DNA of 64,000 bases from a bacterium (GTDB lineage: Bacteria; Patescibacteriota; Dojkabacteria; GCA-016699595), in NCBI GenBank assembly GCA_016699595.1, contig CP064982.1:443829-507828 (forward strand), given 5' to 3'. The notes beneath the pieces are model-generated. The model saw only the letters and a list, made by a program, of their open reading frames with translations. It was not told the DNA's origin and ran no database searches. The translations under genes were made by a program, and so were the position numbers. Positions 50,128 to 58,256 of the stretch are shown piece by piece (the stretch's first letter is position 1; each line of letters begins with the position of its first letter).

Positions 50128-52632
50128 TTATAAATTTATCTCTTTCACAATTATCTCTATATTAGCAAAATTTGTTGGAAGTTTCTGCAAAAACTTTGGA
50201 AGAAACTTTGGTTGGATGGTTGCTGAAACTATCTGCATTTTGTCATTTGACAAAGTCATAACTTCGCTCTGACTCTTACCCGATATAGATTTTTTTAGTT
50301 CAAGTGACGAAAACTCTGGTAAGGTTGAGGCGTTTATATGCAAAGAGAATATTATATTGTCAGCATTTACCCTGATATTATCGAATGAATAGTCAAACCT
50401 TTCAGTAATTTCCTGAGTATACTCTGAGACTCCATTACCCGTCAATTCTTTCTTTTTAACTTGGTATAGTTCTTTTGCTTTTGCCTCTATTGTCCCCTTA
50501 TCCAGTCCCTTAACTATCCCTTTGATTGTCACAGTAGCTGAAACTTCCTCTGCTTGTGCCCCAATTTGTGTAGAATATTCTTCTTTAACTATAGTATATT
50601 CCGGTTCTTGAGAAAGAAGAATAAAGCTATCTTTTGTCTTTGTTGTCAATTCACTTTTGATTTCTTCTTTAAGTTTATTCGATAGCTTTGAATTTAATTC
50701 ATCTTTTTCTTTTTGCGAAAAAATTAAGACCATATTTGTCTTCCCACCTGCTATATTGTTTGAAAAATTTGCAACAAGTTCGTCTGCGCTATAGTTAGCA
50801 ACTTTGCCTGTAGTATAAGTTGTACCAGTTATATTGTAATCCTCTCCAGATACAGTAGCAGTTATTGGTATCTGTGCTAGTAAACCATACACTGTGCCAG
50901 TGATTTGCTGAGTAGCATTAGGAACTACTCCACCTTTTGAAGCCTCATATTCAAGTGTCTTACCTCCTGCAGTTATAATTACTTTATAATTTTGTGGTAA
51001 AGTTATAGGGTTCGGTGTTTTATTGTATATATTGATAAATCCAGTAGCTTTAGAACCATTATCAACTTTGTTTGTAATTGTAACATTGTCAGAAGATGTT
51101 TTCTCAATCTCAACAGGTACAATGGCTAGACCTCCATTTTGATCTGTAGTCTTAGCTTCAATATCTTGAATAATCTCAATTTTGATAGGTTTCGGTTCAA
51201 TAGTAACTTGAGCTGTTCTAAGAGAATAAATCAACAAAACCAAAATAGGGAACAGAAGAATAATCGGCATCAAAATCATTATCTTTTTACCACGGAACAG
51301 CCCATCTGCTTTACCAAAAAAGTCAAGTATACTTTTCTGTAAATTCTGCAGAACAAACTTAAGTTTAGGAAATAATACGTCCATTAATCTCTTACCTAGA
51401 TATTTATTTGATTGAATTGAACGACTAGTTTTCTCTCCCTTGATACCTTTCATGTACACTCTATCATTAAATATACTAGCTCGTTTTTTCTTTATAGAAA
51501 CACCTTTTGCAATATTTACCTCTAGAGCTTTAGCTCTACCCTTTACCTCGTGGGGAAACTTTACCTTGCTTAAAAAATGTTTTAGAGAGTTTCTCTCAAC
51601 TTTAGAATATATTGGACCTATCTCTTGATCTACTGAATCTAAATTAGGGTTAACCCAATTTATTTCGCTTTGATTATTTATGTCATTAATTATATCTTCT
51701 GAAGGATTTTTTTTTTGGAGAATTGAAGCTTCCTCTATGCCATCTTCAATAATTTTACCTGAGACTTCATCGAATTCAGCAACATCACCACCAGCAACTA
51801 AAATGAAATTCTCATCTATAATCAGTTTTCCTCTTCGTAATTTTGGTGCTGTGTTTGGGGTGGTCTCACTGTCTTTCTGAGCTTTATAAGTATTGTACAA
51901 TTCCTCAAATGTAGGTTGCTTTTGTACTTCATCTTCTAATGATTCCTCAACAGTACTAATTAGAATACTTTCATCACTATTTACAGTTTTTATTGAGTTT
52001 CTAGCACTTTCAGATGAAGTATCTTCGAGAGTTTCAGGTTTGTCGTCATTTTGATTTTCAATTAGTAAGTTCAAAGTATTTTCTTCGTAATCAACTTTTG
52101 CATCAGCATCTTTAAGATTCTCTAGATAATCTTCATCTTTACTAGCGCTGATTAAACTTTCTTCGAGATTATCTTGAGAAATGTCTACACTCTCATTAGG
52201 ATCAACGTCAAAAATTTCAGTTTTTTCTGATTCTACAATGGCAGCATTTTGACTTGCAATTTGCCTTAAAGATAATAACTTCCTTTTCGTGTTATCCATT
52301 CTTCGAGTAAAACTTTCTTTCAAATCATCTGCTATTTGCCACTTTTGACTATCAGCCTGCCCAGAATCTTGTATTACTACCAAACTCACCTGCTTTCCTA
52401 GTTTTTCAGCTTCTTTGTCTTTTGTTTGAATTATGACAATTTTGTTTAGCCTTAGAATTTCCTTTGCAAGGATTCTCAAACTTACAATATTTGTAAATAC
52501 CTCTGAACCACTTGGAACAACTAGCAGAACTTTTTCACTACTAGTCTCCAGTATACTTTCAATGATAAAAGTCATCTCATCATCTACATCTAGAAAAATT
52601 TTTGTTATGTTTTGATTAGAAATCTTTGACAC
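50128..52632 (-). CDS. hypothetical 834-aa bitopic membrane protein (acidic cytoplasmic N-domain, central TM, Thr/Gly/Asn-rich extracytoplasmic C-domain)
   Basis: Has a single strong TM (KIMILMPIILLFPILVLLIYSL at ~aa 455-478). The N-terminal 90 aa look like an alpha/beta module (KVLLVVPSGSEV...). No recognisable enzyme motif. It lies immediately downstream of the FtsA homologue. Confidence 0.5.
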   Translation of the reverse strand: MSKISNQNITKIFLDVDDEMTFIIESILETSSEKVLLVVPSGSEVFTNIVSLRILAKEILRLNKIVIIQTKDKEAEKLGKQVSLVVIQDSGQADSQKWQIADDLKESFTRRMDNTKRKLLSLRQIASQNAAIVESEKTEIFDVDPNESVDISQDNLEESLISASKDEDYLENLKDADAKVDYEENTLNLLIENQNDDKPETLEDTSSESARNSIKTVNSDESILISTVEESLEDEVQKQPTFEELYNTYKAQKDSETTPNTAPKLRRGKLIIDENFILVAGGDVAEFDEVSGKIIEDGIEEASILQKKNPSEDIINDINNQSEINWVNPNLDSVDQEIGPIYSKVERNSLKHFLSKVKFPHEVKGRAKALEVNIAKGVSIKKKRASIFNDRVYMKGIKGEKTSRSIQSNKYLGKRLMDVLFPKLKFVLQNLQKSILDFFGKADGLFRGKKIMILMPIILLFPILVLLIYSLRTAQVTIEPKPIKIEIIQDIEAKTTDQNGGLAIVPVEIEKTSSDNVTITNKVDNGSKATGFINIYNKTPNPITLPQNYKVIITAGGKTLEYEASKGGVVPNATQQITGTVYGLLAQIPITATVSGEDYNITGTTYTTGKVANYSADELVANFSNNIAGGKTNMVLIFSQKEKDELNSKLSNKLKEEIKSELTTKTKDSFILLSQEPEYTIVKEEYSTQIGAQAEEVSATVTIKGIVKGLDKGTIEAKAKELYQVKKKELTGNGVSEYTQEITERFDYSFDNIRVNADNIIFSLHINASTLPEFSSLELKKSISGKSQSEVMTLSNDKMQIVSATIQPKFLPKFLQKLPTNFANIEIIVKEINL

Positions 52633-52657
52633 AATTCTATACTTATTACTTGCAAGT

Positions 52658-53890
52658 TTAATTTAGGAGACTTTCAAGTGCTATTGCAGAAACACTTACA
52701 TCATCAATATCTGTAAGCAGATTCATTTCATCAACCAAATTTCTCAAATCTCTAGGATAAATAAGTTCTGGCTCCGGAAATTTCTCAAAAGGCAAATAGT
52801 TTAGCCAAGCAAAAGTTCTTATACTTTCTTGAATTTGAGATAACTTTGCACCTCCACCTGAAAGAAAAATTCTCGTAGGATACGTTTCTACTTCATCCAT
52901 ATCAGATAATGACACTTGAATCCCAGAAACTAAAACCCTAGCATCTTTTTCAAAAGCTCTTTGAATCATTTGCTTATCATTTAGTTTTATGACATCAGTT
53001 TTTGGATCTTCAGACATTCTAATTTTTATTTTTTCAGCCTTCAAATAATCAATATTTAATAATTTTTGCACCCTGTGTGTAAATGCTCTTCCTCCTAAAG
53101 CAAACATTTTTACTCCAACAAAGCTACCATTCGAAACCATAGCAACATCAGTAGTACCTGCACCTATATCAGCAAAAACTCCCGAGAATCGCTCTCTTTC
53201 CGAACCTGAATAGTTATTTGCAATTGCAAATGGCACAACAGTAATTTTGGCTATTGAAAGGCCAAGATACTCTGCAATCGTTCTGATACTTTGGATATGC
53301 TGATCTTGTGTGAACGAAAAGAAAATTTTAAATGAAACACTTTTTCCTTTGAAACCAACTAAATCACTAACTCTAAGTCCATTTATATAACAATCTTTCC
53401 TAGTAGATGAAACTTCAACTATTTCTGCATGTGAGATACCATGTTTTTTACCAATTTCGACTTTTATGCTATCACTTGTCTCCTCTCTTAGCTTGGACTC
53501 AATATCGTGAAGTTCCTCTTCAGTAATGATCTGCTCTGGCATTTCTCTTTCATAGTTTGCATAAACAACTTCACCATTAACTATTTCTCCTGCTATTCCT
53601 AAATACAAACTTTCTGGATACTCTTTGGATTCTAGATTTTTGCATGCTTCTGCGATCGCTAAGTCACAATTTTCCTTGACATTTTGTATATTTGTAATCA
53701 TTCCACCCTTCATCGCACCAGCTTGTTGTCGAGATCTACCATAACCTACGGTATGTACTCTTCCATTTTCTTTGAAAAACACCAATGCTTTTACCCACTC
53801 GGTTCCAATATCAAGTGCCAAAACATTTCCCGATCTAGAATTTCTTCTTGGCTCAATATTTTGTTTTTTGAATTTATCGAAAATTGACAT
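52658..53890 (-). CDS. ftsA: actin-like ATPase, FtsA homologue (FtsA/PilM family)
   Basis: VLALDIGTEWVKALVF...GYGRSRQQAGAMKGGMITNIQNV parallels the FtsA N-terminus (LVVGLEIGTAKVAALVGE...GVGSCPSRGMDKGGVNDLESVV). GVFADIGAGTTDVAMVSNG...GGRAFT...AEKIKI parallels the FtsA phosphate-2/adenosine motifs. A 1C-like insertion is present. Confidence 0.7.
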   Translation of the reverse strand: MSIFDKFKKQNIEPRRNSRSGNVLALDIGTEWVKALVFFKENGRVHTVGYGRSRQQAGAMKGGMITNIQNVKENCDLAIAEACKNLESKEYPESLYLGIAGEIVNGEVVYANYEREMPEQIITEEELHDIESKLREETSDSIKVEIGKKHGISHAEIVEVSSTRKDCYINGLRVSDLVGFKGKSVSFKIFFSFTQDQHIQSIRTIAEYLGLSIAKITVVPFAIANNYSGSERERFSGVFADIGAGTTDVAMVSNGSFVGVKMFALGGRAFTHRVQKLLNIDYLKAEKIKIRMSEDPKTDVIKLNDKQMIQRAFEKDARVLVSGIQVSLSDMDEVETYPTRIFLSGGGAKLSQIQESIRTFAWLNYLPFEKFPEPELIYPRDLRNLVDEMNLLTDIDDVSVSAIALESLLN

Positions 53891-53899
53891 TAGAAAGAC

Positions 53900-54505
53900 T
53901 TATTTATTTACAACTGAATTCAAAGCATTTTGTTTTGCTTGTTCATAAAGTTCATTACCAATTATTTTCAAAGACTGTCGTATCATTACTTTATCTTTAT
54001 CACTTGCAATATTTTTATCTGTAGAATTTAAATAAGTGTTTGGAAAACTAAATTCTTTGATCTTCTGTGGATTTTTTTTGACATCAAATGTATTTGTTCC
54101 TAAGTATTCTGCATAAAATAAAGTATTTGAAAATGAACTTCCATTTACTTTTGGATTGTCTTTTTTATAACCATAACAACTAGCTATATAATAGTACTTT
54201 TCCAATCCTTTCATTGCTGCAGATTCATCAATACTGTAATCTATAACTCTCAAAGCACAACTATATTTGTCAGTTAACTCATTTGTTTTCAAATAATAAT
54301 TTTCTAAAGTATATTTCAACATTTCTATAGTTTGTGAATCAACTTGAGATCCTGAAACGTTGGAATTATAAAGTTTATATAGGTTTTTTGAATTTACTAA
54401 TGATGCATTAAATCCTAAACTTGTTACCAAAAAGAAAACATTACAACAACAAGATAATATTAGCAATACAGTTAAAATTATTATTAAAATACTTTTAGTG
54501 TTCAT
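53900..54505 (-). CDS. hypothetical bitopic membrane protein, CCC-motif family member 3
   Basis: Has an N-terminal TM with LILSCCCNVFF and a ~170-aa extracytoplasmic domain. It is directly upstream of ftsA on the same strand. Confidence 0.45.
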   Translation of the reverse strand: MNTKSILIIILTVLLILSCCCNVFFLVTSLGFNASLVNSKNLYKLYNSNVSGSQVDSQTIEMLKYTLENYYLKTNELTDKYSCALRVIDYSIDESAAMKGLEKYYYIASCYGYKKDNPKVNGSSFSNTLFYAEYLGTNTFDVKKNPQKIKEFSFPNTYLNSTDKNIASDKDKVMIRQSLKIIGNELYEQAKQNALNSVVNK

Positions 54506-54550
54506 AATATTAAAAATTAAAACTATAAACTTATGAAAATTGAATAAGTT

Positions 54551-55636
54551 TTACGAATAAACTCCAATATCTTCAGGTATAAACTGTCTGAAGTTTTGTG
54601 GAGAAATTTGTATACGATCAACTTTCTGCTCAACTATAATTCTTGCAACTTTCCTAGCAACATTTGTTAAATTTCTTTCAAGCTGCCTTATACCTGCGTC
54701 GAATCCAAGCGGCCTTATCATAAGTGGCCAAACATCATTTGTAAAAGTCATTTGATTTTCACTTAGTCCAGTAGCTTTCCGAATCTTTGGAAGCAAGTAG
54801 TTTTCTGCAATATTTGCCTTTTCAGCATCATTATAACTAGAGAATCGAATTATTTCCAAACGATCAAGTAAAGCAGCAGAAATCGTACCTAGTGTATTTG
54901 CAGTTGCTATGAACATTACATTTGACAAGTCAATTGGGTAATCTATATAAGCGTCCATATAAGTTCCATTTTGCTCAGGGTCAAGAATTTCAATCAAAGC
55001 TGCATTATAATCAAACCTCTCAACTTCATTTCCAGCAGTTTTATCCATTTCATCAAGCAAAATAATTGGATTCATAGTTCCAGCTCGTTGGAGTGCTTTT
55101 ATGATCTGTCCCGGTTCTGCTCCTGTTACATATCTTGGCATTCCCTTCAATCTTCCAATATTTCCAAGTGCATTGAGTGAAATTCTGACAAACTTTTTAT
55201 TCAAGGCTTCAGCTAATGATTTTGCCATGGTAGTTTTTCCAATACCTTGAACTCCAACAAAACATAAAATAGGTGCGTGAGAAGAATTTCCTGCAAGATT
55301 ACTCATATCTTCACTTGCTCGGCTAATCTTTCCACTTTGTAAATTCATAACAGCTACATATTCAGCAATTCTATTTTTGATTTCGTTTAATCCAAAATGA
55401 TTATGGTTGAGAATATCTATTGAATGATTGATTTCTAAATTATCCTTTGTGTAATTGCCAAAAGGAATTTGTAATATATTTTGGATATAATGTTCAACAA
55501 TATCAAATTCTGTTGAAAAATTACCAGCATCAGCCATGCGAGAAAGCCTATCAAGCATTTTGAGTGCCTTTTCCTTCAAACCAACTGGCATACTGGAATT
55601 CTCAACTTGTATTTTTAATGACTTTATTTCATCCAA
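54551..55636 (-). CDS. Lon-type AAA+ ATPase module, lacking both the Lon N-domain and the S16 protease domain
   Basis: It aligns across its length with Lon residues ~280-600. The matching blocks are KEKALKMLDRL (Lon KEKALKELDRL), HFGLNEIKNRIAEYVAV (HYGLEKVKERILEYLAV), PILCFVGVQGIGKTTMAKSLAEAL (Walker A), ILLDEMDK (Walker B), EILDPEQN, FIATAN and LLDRLEIIRFSSY. The ORF ends where the protease domain would begin. Confidence 0.7.
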   Translation of the reverse strand: MDEIKSLKIQVENSSMPVGLKEKALKMLDRLSRMADAGNFSTEFDIVEHYIQNILQIPFGNYTKDNLEINHSIDILNHNHFGLNEIKNRIAEYVAVMNLQSGKISRASEDMSNLAGNSSHAPILCFVGVQGIGKTTMAKSLAEALNKKFVRISLNALGNIGRLKGMPRYVTGAEPGQIIKALQRAGTMNPIILLDEMDKTAGNEVERFDYNAALIEILDPEQNGTYMDAYIDYPIDLSNVMFIATANTLGTISAALLDRLEIIRFSSYNDAEKANIAENYLLPKIRKATGLSENQMTFTNDVWPLMIRPLGFDAGIRQLERNLTNVARKVARIIVEQKVDRIQISPQNFRQFIPEDIGVYS

Positions 55637-55711
55637 TCTAAATTTATTTTACTAAAATTTGGGAAAGAAAGTAATGAAATTAGTTCAAAATGAACCAATA
55701 CATTGAAACTT

Positions 55712-56923
55712 TCAATTTATCAATCCTTTTTTATATTTAACCCTCAAAACTCTTTCAACTGCATTATCCAACCTTTCTTCTGAAACTTCTCCATTCTCAA
55801 CTCCAAGTTTAATTTGCTCAAATGCAACTTCAATCTGAGTAGGATCTGTTAGAAATAACATATCATGTCCAGCAATTACTGTTTTTGTATATTTCTCTGC
55901 TTCATCTTTGAAAACTTCAGCACTCAAATTACTTGAAATTACTATCCCACTATAATTGATTTCATTTTTCAACATATCAGTTACAAACTTTTTTGAAAAG
56001 GTAACTTGGTTATCATCAACTTTTGAATACTTTGCAGCTGAAGTCATAACAAAATCAGAGTTGTTTGCAATTTGAAAGTAAGGCTTTAAGTCACCACTTT
56101 TGAGTTCATCTAAAGTCATTTCGCTTATTTGAAAAGATTTATTTGGATCAAGTTGGAATGTTCCAGTACCTGGAAAATACTTCATAGTCGAGCTTATATT
56201 TTCATTTTGTCCTAGTATTATTTGCTCAGCAAGCGGTATCCATTTATCAAAGTTACGATCCCAACCTTGCATTTTCAAGTAGCTTGTCGAACCTAGCAAA
56301 CCTTCAGTTATTGGAGAAAAATTTACATTAAATCCACCTTCGTTCAAGCTTTGCCCCTTTGACAAACCGTAGCCATAAGAAATTTTTGGAGTATTGTTTC
56401 GTTCCAGAAAATAGTAACTTACACCTGTTGACCCTTCTCCATAAAGATGATTTGTCTGATCCCAAGGAACTTTTCGCACTGCACCTCCATCATCGTCTGT
56501 AGAGATAAAAAGTTTGATTTTTGAATTTTTTTGTAAATCTTCATTGAACCTTTTAGTTGTTGCAAGATCTGAAATGTTGCTATTGGATAAGTAAATACCT
56601 CCAACATTATAAGTATCTAAGATTGTTTGAGTCGAATTAGAAAAAGTTTGACCATTTATACCAACAAACAGCATCTGTCCTATTTTCTGTTCAAGATTCA
56701 TTGTCAGTACTTCTCGTTTTGGAATGTTCCTTTGTTTGTAAATTTCATACCATGATTGAAATCCCGTGATAATGTCAACCTTTTGAATATCAATTTGAGT
56801 CAAAGCATTTAGCTTATCAAGTGTAACTTGGTACTTATATTCAGTTGAAAAATAAAGCGCACTAGCTAAAGCAAGAATTATAATTCCGCCAACAATAAAT
56901 AATTTTGTGAAAAAAGAAGACAT
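55712..56923 (-). CDS. glycoside hydrolase family 3 N-terminal domain protein (NagZ-like beta-N-acetylhexosaminidase), membrane-anchored
   Basis: Has an N-terminal TM, then KIGQMLFVGINGQ...VGGIYL...KIKLFISTDDDGGAVRKV... matching the GH3 N-domain (KIGQ...GG.IL...PL.IA.DQEGG.V.R). Confidence 0.7.
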   Translation of the reverse strand: MSSFFTKLFIVGGIIILALASALYFSTEYKYQVTLDKLNALTQIDIQKVDIITGFQSWYEIYKQRNIPKREVLTMNLEQKIGQMLFVGINGQTFSNSTQTILDTYNVGGIYLSNSNISDLATTKRFNEDLQKNSKIKLFISTDDDGGAVRKVPWDQTNHLYGEGSTGVSYYFLERNNTPKISYGYGLSKGQSLNEGGFNVNFSPITEGLLGSTSYLKMQGWDRNFDKWIPLAEQIILGQNENISSTMKYFPGTGTFQLDPNKSFQISEMTLDELKSGDLKPYFQIANNSDFVMTSAAKYSKVDDNQVTFSKKFVTDMLKNEINYSGIVISSNLSAEVFKDEAEKYTKTVIAGHDMLFLTDPTQIEVAFEQIKLGVENGEVSEERLDNAVERVLRVKYKKGLIN

Positions 56924-56940
56924 AAGAATAAAGTGATTAT

Positions 56941-57147
56941 TTAGATCAACAAAAATATCAAAACCAATATCAACATTGCTAAACTTGCCAACACTAGAAC
57001 GATAATTCTATTACGAAATATCTCACTTCTCTTCCTAAAATCAAGATACAAAGGTGCCTCAAATGACAATGTACTTTGATCTTTTTCTTTTATGACGAAT
57101 TTATCTTCGGAAATTTGTTGAATCTTTTGATACAATAGGCTTCGCAT
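56941..57147 (-). CDS. hypothetical small membrane protein
   Basis: 68 aa with a C-terminal TM. It may be spurious. Confidence 0.2.
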   Translation of the reverse strand: MRSLLYQKIQQISEDKFVIKEKDQSTLSFEAPLYLDFRKRSEIFRNRIIVLVLASLAMLILVLIFLLI

Positions 57148-57217
57148 ATGTTATATTTTATATTAGTATATGAATTAGTTCAATAGCAAGTATTTCATAA
57201 CTTATAAATCTCGAGTC

Positions 57218-58219
57218 TTGTCACAAAACCTTCTAAATAAATCCCTTCTAACTATACTCTTATTTTTGCTATCCATCAATGTTGGTATGAAATATGCAGA
57301 AGTCTTAACGCCAATTAGTAAAAATGCAAGCGAGATGATGTTCATGATTGAAGGTGAAGAAATAAAAAGTATTCATCCTATTGCTTCAAATATTCCGAAC
57401 TATTTTTTTACGAAAAATACAAGCATCAAAACATTAGCTAAATTGCACTTTGAATCTATTGATTCAAAGTCATTGCTTACAGATAGGTTGAAACTAGAAA
57501 ACTTCACTGCAGAATCCATACTTATTAGCAGTACAAATGGCGATATGATATTGGATAAATCTATAAATGAACAGTTACAAGTAGCCTCAATCACAAAGTT
57601 ACTTAGTATACTTACTGCACTAAAATATGAAGACAATTTAGATCTTTACTTTACTATACCCGAGGAAACAGATGAGGTTACTGGCAATGTTCTAGGGTTT
57701 CAGAAAGGTGAAAAGTATAAATTTGCAGATTTAATTGCAGCAAGTCTGATTTTTAGTTCAAATGACGCAATTAGAGCAATTGAAACAAATATAGAAGGTC
57801 TATACAGAATTAGTTTTGTTGAAGAAATGAACAAGCTAGCATCTGATCTCAATATGACGAGTAGTTCATTTGGAGATTCCATAGGCTTTGATCTTCCAAA
57901 TTCATACTCTACCGCTGAAGACATTATGAAACTATCCAAGTTCGCATATCAAAATGACATTATCAGAAGATACTCTACGGTAAAAGAATTCAGGATTTAT
58001 AGTGAGGGTGGAAAAGTAATTTCATTTCGTAATACGAATGAAATGCTGAAGTATGAGAATGTATATGGATTGAAAACTGGAACTACTGAGCAAGCAAAAG
58101 AGTGCTTAGTTATGATACTCAGACATTATGATACAGACTATTATGTAGTGATACTTGGATCAGGTGATAGATATCAAGATGCGACTAAAATATACCAAAT
58201 TATGGAATCTTTGAAATAG
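57218..58219 (+). CDS. dacA: D-alanyl-D-alanine carboxypeptidase (peptidase S11, PBP5-like)
   Basis: Has the SxxK (ASITK), SxN (SSNDA) and KTG (KTGTT) motifs in the correct order and spacing. An N-terminal signal/TM is present. Confidence 0.8.
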   Translation: MSQNLLNKSLLTILLFLLSINVGMKYAEVLTPISKNASEMMFMIEGEEIKSIHPIASNIPNYFFTKNTSIKTLAKLHFESIDSKSLLTDRLKLENFTAESILISSTNGDMILDKSINEQLQVASITKLLSILTALKYEDNLDLYFTIPEETDEVTGNVLGFQKGEKYKFADLIAASLIFSSNDAIRAIETNIEGLYRISFVEEMNKLASDLNMTSSSFGDSIGFDLPNSYSTAEDIMKLSKFAYQNDIIRRYSTVKEFRIYSEGGKVISFRNTNEMLKYENVYGLKTGTTEQAKECLVMILRHYDTDYYVVILGSGDRYQDATKIYQIMESLK

Positions 58220-58256
58220 CTTCTCGCAAGTTTATATACTTATAGTTAATGTTCGC

